Shown here one piece after another: positions 51,242 to 62,809 of a stretch of 64,000 nt of DNA. The DNA is from Eukaryota sp. GEM-RC1. Its lineage: Eukaryota. The position numbers and the translations under genes were made by a program. Under the pieces are notes generated by a model. The model was not told where the DNA came from and searched no databases. It saw nothing but the letters and a program-made list of their open reading frames with translations. Each line of letters starts with the position of its first letter. The stretch's first letter is position 1. The stretch lies in contig JAUFOQ010000003.1 in assembly GCA_040285855.1 (NCBI GenBank), forward strand, positions 1,178,001 through 1,242,000. Direction: 5' to 3'.

Positions 51242-53077
51242 CTAATTTACTAAAGAAAGATACTCCTTTCTTAACTTGTTCATAGCTTCATGGTCAATTG
51301 GTTCAATAATTTGGAGTACATTGTTCATTGAAAGAATCTGTCTGTACACTAATCCAGCAAACATTTTGGCGATTGGTAGATGTGCAAGAGGGAAATCCTC
51401 CAAAATATCATCAATGTCAAGTAAAAACTTCTCCAAACTCATGGGAAATGCTTCTTCTTTCAACACATCCTGTGAAAAGAAATGTTTCATGACATCACAG
51501 AATCTATCAATTTCATTGTCTGAAGGATTCGTGTTGATAAAGGAGAATATTAGTCTTGATAGAAACGCAGCTTGAATAAATATTGATGATAAATTAAGAT
51601 CTTGAATTTTTTGACACAATTCACCAAAATTCAATTTTTGAAAATCTGGAAGAATCTTTTTGCCTTTTCATCTAATTCATCCAACTCATCTTCATCCACT
51701 GCTGAGCTAATACTAGCAGCATCTTCCTCCAGACCCTCAAAGGGATTGACAACTGGAGCATGAGCTAAATCAAATCTGTCTCCCATTGATCGTTTGGTAT
51801 ATGCAGGTCGAGCTTTTCTAATCGGAACAGGTCGAAAACCTTCTTCATCTTCTGTAACTCCTGGAACAACTTCCTTAGTGAGAACTCGACCAGGTTGAAT
51901 CCAGTTGTTCTTCCACAGATCGTATAGATCGAGACAAAGGAACTTGACTCTCTTTTCTAGATTAGGATCTTCGATTAAATGATAAACCTCATTTGAAATT
52001 ATTTCATCTAGACGTTGCTTAGTGTAAGGGTTGGTGGAAAATATTCTGCCCACATTGGTAAAGAGAATTGTAAGTGCTTCTACAGAATTATTATCGTGAT
52101 ACTCGCGAGCATTCTTAAGTAGAGTGCTTGTGACAAGGAATACCACAGCTGGGGAGAGGAGAGGAGGTTGACCAATCGTACAGAGTTTTGCAATGAAGTC
52201 CACATTTCCTAACACCTTTGCTCTAACTCTTCGTTGCATGTAAAAGAGTTCTACATCTCGTCTAGCTTGAGTTACTGAATCCAATGACTGTTGCTTGGCT
52301 GTCATCTCCAGTTTGATTTTGTCTTCTACTTCCTGCTCTCCTACAGTCCACGTAGCACCTCCTTCATCTTCAAAGGCGGCAGTAAATGCGGATTGGCAAA
52401 TGTGTATGAGCTTCTGCTTCAGTGGAGGATAGACTTTGGCCATTTGAATCATCAAATTGGCATAGAGAGTATTGAACGTTGGCTCAAGAATCGCTTTACT
52501 ATACAACGCCGAGAGAAATTGGCTTACAAACTCATGGAATTGTTCTTCTGTTAATCCTGATATATGAACTGTCCTTAGATTAACCAGCTCACATAGTTGA
52601 TTAGACACTTCGTTGAAGTTTTCCGCTGATAGTTTGTTTAGTAGTCCACGTGATTCCTTCACTCGTTGAAGAACTGGATCCAAGGTTTTCTTCTTTTTCT
52701 CTTCTCTTAAACTGTAAACCATAGCTGATTTTGTGATTTGCCTGCGATCTCGTTCTGACATTAAAGTCCAAGGATAGTTCGCCACTTCGTCTAACAATGG
52801 AGCAGTCTGTTTCCAGTTCAGCGAGGAATTCAGGGGTGTATACCGGGGGTCCTGTTGGTTGAGCTTCAGGAGAAGGTGTAAGATGAAGTTCTTGAGGAGG
52901 AGAGACTTTTTCTTGTGTGATTTCTATCTCTGGGCCAAGTACACCAGATCCTGGAACAGGACTTTCATCAGACCGTTTGCTTTTAGGAATAAATTCAGGT
53001 GCTTGTAGTTTGAACTTGTGTTTTGGTTGGAAGGGCACTGCTTTGATGTCAAATTTGGTTCTCCTTTTAGGCTCCAT
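51242..53077 (-). CDS. EIF4G: Eukaryotic translation initiation factor 4G (PAM2-like motifs, eIF4E-binding motif, MIF4G, MA3); two frameshifts near 52820 and 51658
   Basis: MIF4G motifs RGLLNKLSAENF, KAILEPTFNTLYANL, LGNVDFIAKL, RVKFLCLDL; YTPEFL eIF4E-binding motif; MA3-like LLDIDDILEDFPLA..IAKMFAGLV. Three ORF pieces join by single-base shifts. Confidence 0.82.
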
Positions 53078-53448
53078 TTCGTAAAACCCAAGAATGAGAA
53101 TGAGGTAGGCATCTTTTTGGAGTCTGATATCTTTGTTTACAGTAAAATTGAAAATAGGGCAAAACGAATGTTCGAATCATACACACAGTTGAGTGTTCGA
53201 ATACAAATTCCAGCATCGTTAATGTATCTGTTGTATTCTTTGTAAAGAGATGCTCACTGCCAATGGGCAATCGCACCATTATCTTGACAGAATGCAATTA
53301 TCGTAATGAACTCAGTTACACACTCAAACCTCTTGAAGTTCCGATTTGAATAATAAGTTGGTTCAATATGCTGATTCAGCTACTTGAGCTCTTTGATGGT
53401 TGAAAAGGAAGTAATTCAATAAACTCAAGGATATAACTTCATCTGCAG

Positions 53449-54169
53449 TTTTTTTTATATATTTTTTATTTATTCTAAAAGTAATAGACAACAACACCAC
53501 AGTGTACATACATCTAATAATCAATATCCTCAAAGTCCAGATTGCCTAACTGGAAATTTTCACCTACCTTATCTTCATAATGTCTGCCAAGAGATAATAA
53601 AGCACTAGATACAGAAGTCATCATACCTTTAAAGATAGCAAACACGATTCGATTTTTCCAAAATCTAAGATCAAAAGTCCTAGATGTATTTTTTTTTACA
53701 ATCTTCACAAAGATTTCAAGTAATGATGTTGCAGATTCACCTAAAGAACCGTACAGTGGAAATACAAAAGGGTACAACAAGTAATTCGAGTGTGAAGCCG
53801 AATTCAATAATTTCAATTTAGCACAATATTTTTGCATTTTAAATTTTTCACCAATCAACAAGGGGTTTTTAGCATTAGATTTAGCAAGTTTCTTGTTGGA
53901 ATCAGTACAAACATCGATAGACATAACATCAGCAATAATGAAAGATCCATCAAGACCAGGAAATATGACATCACCACGGCTATTTCCAAACGATTTGTCA
54001 ACATCTGTTTCATCAAACAAACCAGCCAGAACTGGTTCTAAAAAGGAAACTATTCCATAAGATTTACACATACAATATAATTGATCCCTTACTGAATCAT
54101 GAACCTTACTTCTAAAAAGAAATAAAACGGTTACAATTCAATAAATGTGTAGGTGTTACAGATTGCTCA
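53449..54169 (-). mobile_element. 5'-truncated non-LTR retrotransposon (RLE clade, CRE-like): zinc knuckle, restriction-like endonuclease, A-rich tail
   Basis: Minus strand CRC-x7-H-x3-C then HDSVRD...EP...RGD...D...KY...PFVF..YG.LG (ORF 53514..54071); A-rich tail at 53449-53473; flanking direct repeat CATCTGCAG(T) at 53440 and 54170. Confidence 0.72.
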
Positions 54170-54910
54170 CATCTGCAGTACATCAGAAATTTCCAAGGAT
54201 TGGAACTAACAATACATTTTACTTAGGATCGTCATTTTGTCTGAATAAGTATCAGTCTTTCTCACTACGTGTTCATTCAAAACGGAACTATTAAACACAT
54301 TGGCACATTAACTATAGTAGTGACTATAACTGTTTGACATAAGTTGAATCCACAAATGTCTTCAAATCTATTTGTCCGTGAATTGATAATCAAGTTTGGT
54401 TAAAACTGCAAAACAAACTGAGTTTTGATGCAATAAACTTGAACTGTACGTAAATATATTTCGAAAGATGATTGTCAAATATACGTAGAAAAATACAAAC
54501 TCGTAACCTTAACCGTTCTGTCATCTAAAACATGAAATAATCGTATGGTGGTAGTTTATTTTTTTCCTCGTATTGGATTACCATTGGCAATTTCGACAAT
54601 TGTGCATAAACCCAAAGATCTTTTATCAATTGCAAAGTCTTACCTCATGATTAGTACAGCTTAACAAGAAGTTAATATCTTGTGAATTACAACCAAATCT
54701 AAATCTAGTGCACAACGAAACAGTCAGATAAAAGGTAGTGCTTAATTGGAATCAAATGTCTAACAATTTTAGAAATTGTAAGGAGTTGAAATGATACAAA
54801 AGATATAATATTTATTACAAGAAAAATTCTGGAAAAGAAGAATTAGGCACACAGACCTCAACACAAAATAATAAATTCGGTTATACTATAAAAACCAATC
54901 ATCAATCAAA

Positions 54911-56282
54911 CTACTCCACCATCCGCTCTTCAAAAGCCTGGTCCACGTGATCAGACATTCGATCCAAACTCCTAGACTTTTCATCATAAAACTCCGATTG
55001 ATGTTGCTTGTACTGCAACAACGCCTCCCTCTGATAGTCCAATCCCTTTGCTAAATCCATTTCAGCATCAACCTCAGCCATATCAGCATCATCAAACATA
55101 TCTGGTGGTACATCCTGAACTTGAACAGATGGTGCACTATCTAGATTACGAAGTTGTTCGAAAATAATCCGTCTGAGTCTCTCTAAATACTCAGGAGTAT
55201 TGTAATTAGTTTCAGCCAATGTATTGATATAAAGCTGGCCATCAGGTTTAGCATAATATTCCATGTAATCATTAGGTGGAAGGTTATGATCTAAAGGCTG
55301 ACCCTGTAGAACTCCTGTTTCATAAGCCCAACACCTAGCAACATTGCGTACAGTGTAACCTCCACCACCCAGTACTACCATTGGAACGTTAAAAGTCTGC
55401 ATGAAACGCACGCACTCACCATGACCAGCCAAGGAGAGATTAAAACAACCAAGACGATCTCCTGCAAGGGAATCAGCTCCACATTGAAGCACAACAGCTG
55501 AAGGTCTGAACCTCAGCATAACTTCGGACATTACAGGTCTGAATAGAGACAAATACGACTCATCGTCAATCCCATCCATTAAAGGAACGTTAACTGAATA
55601 ACCGCGGCCTGGTCCTGAGCCAATATCAGCAATATCTCCAGTACCAGGAAAGAACTCACCATACTTATGAAACGACACGGTCATTACTCTATCTGTGGTG
55701 TAAAAAGCTTCCTCTACTCCGTCTCCGTGATGGATGTCTATGTCTACGTACAGGACTCTAGCGTGGTACTTGAGAAGTTCCAGGATACAAAGCACGATAT
55801 CGTTGATATAACAAAACCTATGATAAAAGGGGACAAAAGGCAACAAACCCTGAAGCTTCGGCTTTCTTAGCATGATGAAGACCACCAGCCCAATTGATGG
55901 CAATGTCGCACTTACCATGATTGATTCGTTGAGCTGAAGCAATACTTCCACCGGAAGAGATTTGGCATAGCTCGTACATGCCGTCAAAAATAGGACAATC
56001 CTCACCGACATTGAAAGCACTAAGCATTTGTTCAAAGTTTGAAGCATTGTCAGCATTAATACGAGAGAGAAATTGAACATAATCATCTGAATGAAACCGT
56101 GTAAGTTCTGCAGAAGAGGCAAGAGGGGGTCTGTAGAGAGTCATATTTTGGTAAAGGTTGTATGAAAGAATGAGAGAATGAGCCATTCTTATTCGAATGG
56201 GCTTCATGGGATGTGAAGCACCGTAGTAGATGGATCCAACATCATTATGATAGTAGTAGATGATGCGTGGTTTTGGTATCAT
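54911..56282 (-). CDS. RPD3: Class I histone deacetylase (RPD3/HDAC1-like), 2 exons, intron 55818-55848
   Basis: [25 protein letters not shown] restored by removing a 31-nt GT..AG intron, [29 protein letters not shown] at 56282; stop TAG at 54911. Confidence 0.95.
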
Positions 56283-56317
56283 CAAATTGGGTTGAACAAG
56301 AGTCAACTTTGGTGCAC

Positions 56318-57535
56318 ATGCTTCATCTTCATTGTATTCTTCTTCTATATTTCCTGGTAAGTGTACTTCATTTTGCTGATGGATCCTCTCTATTACGTGA
56401 TACTGCCATAAAGTCTCTTGAATCTAACATTATCACCATGAAATCTGGAAAATCGTACCTACGAGCAGCTAGCCATCAGTTTGGAGGCTTGTGGACACGT
56501 GATTTTGCCTTTTCTGTTCCTGCTCTTCTCCAACTCGGTCACACTTCTACTGTAAGGGATCACATTGACCTCATCCTTTCCAATCTACGAGAAAAAGATA
56601 ATCTTGTTCCAAGGCTCATCGATGACCTATCTCTTGCCAAACGATACGCACTGGCTTTGATTCATCAGTATCCTATGGTCAAAGAACCCTTAACTCCTTA
56701 CTATGTTGGAGGAAATGGTGGTGAAGAAGCAATTGATGGTAATTTATTAGTTACAATAGCCTTTTTCCAGTATGTAAATGCTACAAACGACGTGGAGTTC
56801 TTTAATAGACACAAACATTGTGTCCAAAAGTGTCTTCAGTTTTATCATTCTTTTATTCGAGAGGGTTTAATCTATCAGAACTCGTTCTCTGATTGGGCTG
56901 ATAACGCTAAAAGGGAAGGTCACGTATTCTTAACCAATCTTTTTCTTTGGGAGGCCTTGGAGTTGGGATCAAAATACTCTCTCTTTGAGGACTTTCCTCA
57001 TCCTGATGTTCTCAAGGCCAAACTCAAGGAGAGATTTGTTGTAGAAGAAGACGGAATCACTGTGATCAAGTCTCTTATTGGTTCTGATTATGTTTCATTA
57101 GATTCCTATTTCTTTTCTTATTATTTCGAGTTCTTCAGTCCCGCTGAGCAAGTCTACATGTATAATCAACTCAAATTCCATGGTGTTTGGAATTGTTCTC
57201 ACGGAAGCTCTTCAATCCCTGGATGTGTCTCTTTTCCTTCCTACAAGGATTCTGAGATTAGCTTGGCTTCGAAGGCTGTTGGATTACGACACTATTCTGA
57301 TAATTTGTACCATTCATTTAGCATTGCTTGGGCTGGTTATTTGGCCAGAAAAGGACATGATTTTAAAAAGTATGGTCTCATTTTGGATCGATTGAGCTCA
57401 ATTGTCAAAAGAGATGGGGTTATTCATGAATTGTTTCATGATGATGAGGATTTGACGATCTTCAACACACTTATCTTTCATTCTGAATTTCCCTTTACTT
57501 GGGGAAGTGCCACTGTTGTTTTAGCATCTGTCTAG
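56318..57535 (+). CDS. Secreted six-hairpin (alpha/alpha)6 glycosidase-like protein; family not assignable by eye
   Basis: First ATG at 56318 then a hydrophobic signal-like [16 protein letters not shown]; motifs [36 protein letters not shown]. Confidence 0.6.
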   Translation: MLHLHCILLLYFLVSVLHFADGSSLLRDTAIKSLESNIITMKSGKSYLRAASHQFGGLWTRDFAFSVPALLQLGHTSTVRDHIDLILSNLREKDNLVPRLIDDLSLAKRYALALIHQYPMVKEPLTPYYVGGNGGEEAIDGNLLVTIAFFQYVNATNDVEFFNRHKHCVQKCLQFYHSFIREGLIYQNSFSDWADNAKREGHVFLTNLFLWEALELGSKYSLFEDFPHPDVLKAKLKERFVVEEDGITVIKSLIGSDYVSLDSYFFSYYFEFFSPAEQVYMYNQLKFHGVWNCSHGSSSIPGCVSFPSYKDSEISLASKAVGLRHYSDNLYHSFSIAWAGYLARKGHDFKKYGLILDRLSSIVKRDGVIHELFHDDEDLTIFNTLIFHSEFPFTWGSATVVLASV

Positions 57536-57778
57536 TTTCTTTGAAGGTTCTCTATTTTTATCGAGAGAGTTCGTTTGTGTGGTGGTTGTTAAGGGACTGA
57601 TCATGTTATAAATTGTATATACGTTTCTCATCTGTTGTTGGATATCGCCTGAGTGTAAGCCACTTTTACAATCACAATTCCGAAATTTGATTTGAGTCTT
57701 GCCAAACCAACATGTCAAATGTCAGGTTTACAGTGCTTAAATGTCAACAAGAGTCGAAGCCAACATGTCATTCTTTCA

Positions 57779-59345
57779 ATGCAAGAGTCTATCTGTGATA
57801 CAGCTTCCCGCATCACTGGCTTCTCAGCCTCTAAAAGTGATGACTCTAAAGTTACAGACTCCTTTGGACACGTACTTCCTTCTGTAACCCATCACCTCAA
57901 TGTTGGCAATATGCCCCTTGCCATTGATGGGACTCTCTTTGAAAAGCAAATGAGTTTCAATCGTGGAAAAACCGTTGAAAGGATAGTACATCCTTGTGGG
58001 TTTGTCCTGTTGCTACATTCACCATAGTGCTGGAGTTTTTGGCTATTTTGAAGCTTCAAAAAGCTGTAAGGATTTAACCAAGGCCTGTATTTTCTCTGAT
58101 GCTGGTAAGAGAACACCTGTCTTCGTTCGCTTTTCTACCACTACTTATGGCAAGGGTATGTCAATCTCAAGGTGATTAACCACAGAATATCCCGACAGTG
58201 CACGTAATGTTCGAGGCTTTGCTATCAAATTCTATACAGAAGATGGAAATATGGACCTTCTTGGGCTTAACTGGCCGGTATTCTTTACACGTGATCCAAT
58301 GAAGGGACCAGATGTCATTAGATCTCAACAACGAAATCCAAAAACGTTTTGTCTCAATTATGAAGAATTATTCAAATATGCTGCTGAAAACCCTGAGAGC
58401 CTTCACGCAATCACCATGCACTTTTCTGATCGTGGAACACCTGTAGGTTTTGCTCGAATGGACGGATTTGGGGTTCACACCTTTAAGTGGGTCAATGAAA
58501 CTGGAAACGCTGTCTACATCAAATATCATTGGTTGTGTCAACAACAAAAGCAAGATTTCACTGATGAAGACGCGGAGAAGATGTGTGGTACTGATCCAGA
58601 CTTTGCAAAAAGAAATCTTTTTGAACAAGTGGAAAATGGTTCAGAGCTAAAATGGAAGTTCTCCGTTCAGATTATGACCATTGACCAATCACAAACTGTC
58701 GATTTTGACCCTTTTGATTGTACTAAGGTTTGGCCTCATGCAGAATTCCCTCTGACCGAAATTGGAACTCTCGTACTAAACCGAAATCCAGAAAACTATC
58801 ATCGTGATGTTGAGCAATCCGCTTTCTCCCCAGGAAACCTAATCCCAGGAATTGAACCTTCTCCTGACCCTTTACTACAGTGGAGGGTGATGTTTTACCG
58901 TGATGCACAGTACCATCGGCTGGGTGTGAATCATCACCAGATTCCAGTGAATTGTCCATTTATGGCGAAACATGTCAATCCTCAATCAAGAGATGGTGAG
59001 CTTCGTGTTGATGACAATGGATCTTCTAAGTCTGCTATCATCAGTTCCCAAGAAAATAGATCAAAGGTTGATCAGAAGGCAGATTTTCAACAAGTTGCAA
59101 TTCCCAATGCCAAGGTGTCAAGAGAAGCAGGTAGTCGACATGAAGGAACATCAAGTGAATTCGATCAGGTTCGAGAACTATTTGAAAGAGTTTTGCAGGG
59201 TAAAGCAAAAGAAAACTTGTTGAGAAATACCGCCAAGTACTTGCAGCGATGTTCTGAGGAGACTCAACAGAAGTATCTATCACAATTGGGAAATATTTCC
59301 CAAGAGTACAAGGATGGTGTAGTTCGTTGTTTTGTTCAAGTATAA
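57779..59345 (+). CDS. CAT: Monofunctional small-subunit heme catalase, 3 exons (introns 58000-58027, 58156-58185); alternative ATG at 57719
   Basis: Spliced reading ERIVHPCGAGVFGYF...RFST...RGFAIKFYTEDGN.D..GLN.PVFF; proximal ligand region RVMFYRDAQYHRLG; VEQSAFSP. Both introns are needed (intron 2 contains an in-frame TGA). Confidence 0.93.
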
Positions 59346-59359
59346 ATTTGTGTATGCAG

Positions 59360-59415
59360 TACTATTTCTTTATAGAACAGAACTACTATTTCTTTATAGA
59401 ACAGAAATACTATTT
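59360..59415. repeat. 24-bp tandem repeat, about 2.3 copies, just after the catalase stop
   Basis: tactatttctttatagaacagaa(c/a) repeated. Confidence 0.7.
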
Positions 59416-60105
59416 TTTGTAGTTTTTGTTCTCATCTCACTATTTTTTAAAAAAATTGAGATAAGAACAAAAACTAGAACTCAATATCACTAATATAACA
59501 TTCATTGCCAATGCTAGATACGACAAAAAGAATTGCTTTTAAAAATTGATATTCTTGTATGAAAGATATCTTTTTGGATTTATATATATTTACTGCTTTG
59601 AGTGTGAGTATGCCTCCATACTCAAAGTTTGATTTAGGTAGAGATGATAGTTACGGGAAGAAGTAGATTGGATGTCTTTCCTGAGTAAACTGCCGATCAG
59701 GATGTGACTAAGACTCGTCAAAACATCTTAAATTATTTGACATACTTTAATTTATGTAATCTTTAAAATAGGTGCATTTAGTAAGGAAATACGTTACAGA
59801 AACTAAATTTTAACATCATTAAAGCAGCACCCATCACTATCAAATCCTACCACAGCTCTACCCTCATATATAAGGAATTATGTGACTAGCATCAGTGAGT
59901 TCAACTCACTGATGCTAGTAAAGATTCGCGGAATTGTTTTAGAAACGAAAAAGCAATAGGATTCCAATACAACCATGATCAAAGCGTTTGTTCATCCCCT
60001 TGTTGAGGATTTATCCACAAATATTGAAAAAATTGAATGTACCTTTTCAAAAGTAACTGTTACTTGATGCAGCAAATATATAATTCATATTTGACACGTG
60101 GTACA

Positions 60106-60961
60106 CAGGGACTGTCAAAAATATATTGCAATATATTGCAGGGTCAAAATGATTTGCAATACAGTATTGCAACACTGCAATATATTGCAATAATTGGTAG
60201 CAATATAAATATTGTTGATGAGAGTATTTATTGTCTAAATTCCACTGATAAACCATAAGAACATCATTAAGTGATATCTAATTTGAGCAGTTTCTGACTC
60301 ACCGTCTTGTGAACCAATCTAATGTCCTAATACTCTCTAGTTACAGAGAGAAATAGTTGATTGGCAAGATTTTGATTAGATAAGTAGTGTTTTGACAACA
60401 CTTGCGCCATTCGAGCTCTAGTGAAAAATCGTTTTGCAACATTTATATGTTTCTGGAAAGAAATTTAATTGAATTTTTTTATTCGAGTTAAGACATCTTT
60501 AAACAGAGGAAACAGGTCCAAGACGTTCAGCAATTTCTTCAACTTCATCATCATCACTACTCACGTCATTTACTATCACAGAATTACATTGATTGAGTTG
60601 AGTTCCAGAGGAGATAGTGGAATAGTATGCTTTTACCATCTGTTTAGAATCATCTGACTAGAATGATGCGTCATGTAAGATGATGTGAAGAATGATAATA
60701 GGTTTACATTTGTTAGTCAGATCTGACAGATACTACTTACTTGCAGTATGGACTTTCAATTGTACACAAAATTAACACTGGTGTATTATGTTGCTAAAGA
60801 AGTCTCAAATAACAGAAGAACATTGGTCTAAAAATATTGTTCAAAATTGAAATTATTGCAATATATTGCAATACAAAATGAGGCTGCAATACAGTATTGC
60901 AATACACAATACACAATATTGCAATTATTGCAAAAGTGCAATATATTTTTGACAGTCCCTG
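60106..60961. mobile_element. Non-autonomous hAT-type DNA transposon (856 bp)
   Basis: Perfect 25-bp TIR CAGGGACTGTCAAAAATATATTGCA; exact 8-bp TSD GTGGTACA at 60098-60105 and 60962-60969; TGCAATA/TATTGCA subterminal repeats. Confidence 0.92.
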
Positions 60962-61508
60962 GTGGTACATGTTAATGAGCCATTGATGGTTATTTGTACT
61001 TATCGTGTTTGGTTTGTTCAGAACTACCTAAAGGGTAAAATTGATTACTTCGATAGATACTATGAACAAAGTGTCGTATTTAGTGTTTGTCTCACTCTCT
61101 TTGTAAATGAATACCACTTACTAGTATAGAAATTGTAAAGGGGTTTAATTCTCCACGTATACTCGGGAGTTGTATAACTTAGTATACGTGTAACTAAGGT
61201 TCTTTGGATCAGTGTCTCTAAATTCGTTGTCTGTCATGAGTACCTTTTGTAGTGTACTTCCACTACTAATATTTTCTTGGACTTGTTGATACATCAAATC
61301 ACAATAAAATCTATGACGTACATTATTAGTACAGCCACTGTGCAAAATGTAGGTGGAAATACAGTCAGAACAACTTCAGGGAATTTTAGGATCGGAATCC
61401 AGAATTTGCACACTTTATGCAAATATTATGACGAGATTATTACAATATAGATTTCATGAACCAATGCTGTTGTCACAAAATTGAGATCTCAAAAATGATA
61501 GGACAAAA

Positions 61509-61582
61509 TGTTTTCGGGGAGGTTCGAACTCCCGACCATCTGTGTGTTAGACAGATATCCTAACCAACTAGACCACGAAAAC
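61509..61582 (-). tRNA. tRNA-Val (anticodon AAC)
   Basis: Acceptor stem GTTTTCG/CGAAAAC, anticodon arm TCTGT-CTAACAC-ACAGA, T arm GGGAG-TTCGAAC-CTCCC, no encoded CCA, followed by TTTT. Confidence 0.95.
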
Positions 61583-62809
61583 CGTTCTTTGTTAGTTTGA
61601 CAACTGACAACCAAGGTGGACCTTTGATTGTGGACTTCTGCAAAGTGTCTTTGCAACCAATATATTTTCAGTTTTACACGCTAAAGAATCGTTGGGTAGG
61701 GTTAGAATTGATTCGATGTACTAGTTGCTCAGTTTGAATTGTATAACTTCTTCTACTTCGTTAATACACTTACAAAAAATGGAATATCATCAGTGTTGAC
61801 AAATTGGATTCCAACACTCCAGCACCATCTCATGTTCATTTCTAAAGTCAAAAGAGGGGTTAATATTGTAATCAAAACAGCTAAACATTGCTTTATAAAG
61901 GGAAAGTGACACCCTTCCTCTCCAATAGTTTTCTTCGTATATCTCTTGCACAAAATTTCGAAAGATGTGATAAATTTTTGTCCGGAAATGGTGAACTTTC
62001 TGTAAAGTGAAACAGCAAACGGATTCAAAACAAACGCATTGTGTCAACGATAACTCGTCTTGATAATGAATTCACTGTACCGAACAAATTTTTTCATTTC
62101 AGCAGCTTTAAGAATCGAAGACTTTTCGTCTAAAATGTATTTAACAAAGATTTGAGTTACAAGGATCAACTGTAAGTGTTTCTAGAGAGGACCACCAGAG
62201 GCCAATCACATCACCTTGTTCTTAGCAGTTCGAATTGAATGCGGAAATGTTTGTGACAATAGGTGGTTCCCTTGACTGCTCTCAAACAAACCAGACACGT
62301 TGAGTACAAATTATGTCCTTTTGCAATTTCATTGCAATCACTGTCTGAATTACAACAATAATTGATCTCAACCCGGTTGACCAAATCGTCAAATCAATCA
62401 AATCATTTTCCCGTCAACTTTTATCGTTAATAAGATTTATTGCATCATGGAAGAAATCGGTTCAAAAATGAAAAATTCATGAGTATACTATTCTCTTTCA
62501 GAATATGTGGCGCGTAATGTGGTGCGGTTACCCAGATTCTATAAATATTAGCAATGTATTTATTGTTGGTCAAATCAATATCCGTATATTTATAATGGAT
62601 CCCAGCAATGAACAATAATATTGCAATAATATTGTTTACTGTGGCAAACATGTTCACCACTGAAATCATCCGATGGCTTGTTGTTTTATTTAGTTTTGAA
62701 TCCACGCTGAAGTACACAAAATGCTTGTGGTTGCAGTAATCATTTGTGATGAACTTTCACTTTAGAAAGCAGAAGACTACATCCATCATGTTGAGAAAAA
62801 CAACTCTTA

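Noticed and set aside
56283..56317. ORF-track N-terminal extensions making HDAC (to 56306) and the glycosidase (from 56267) overlap
   Set aside because: They rely on non-ATG starts; the first ATGs are at 56282 and 56318.
56357..56413. GTAAGT donor-like site early in the glycosidase gene
   Set aside because: The frame is open without splicing and the next AG gives 57 nt without the local 3' consensus.
61145..62717. Short ORFs around the tRNA (61145..61345, 61753..62047, 62445..62717)
   Set aside because: No recognisable domains; AT-rich, repeat-laden intergenic sequence.
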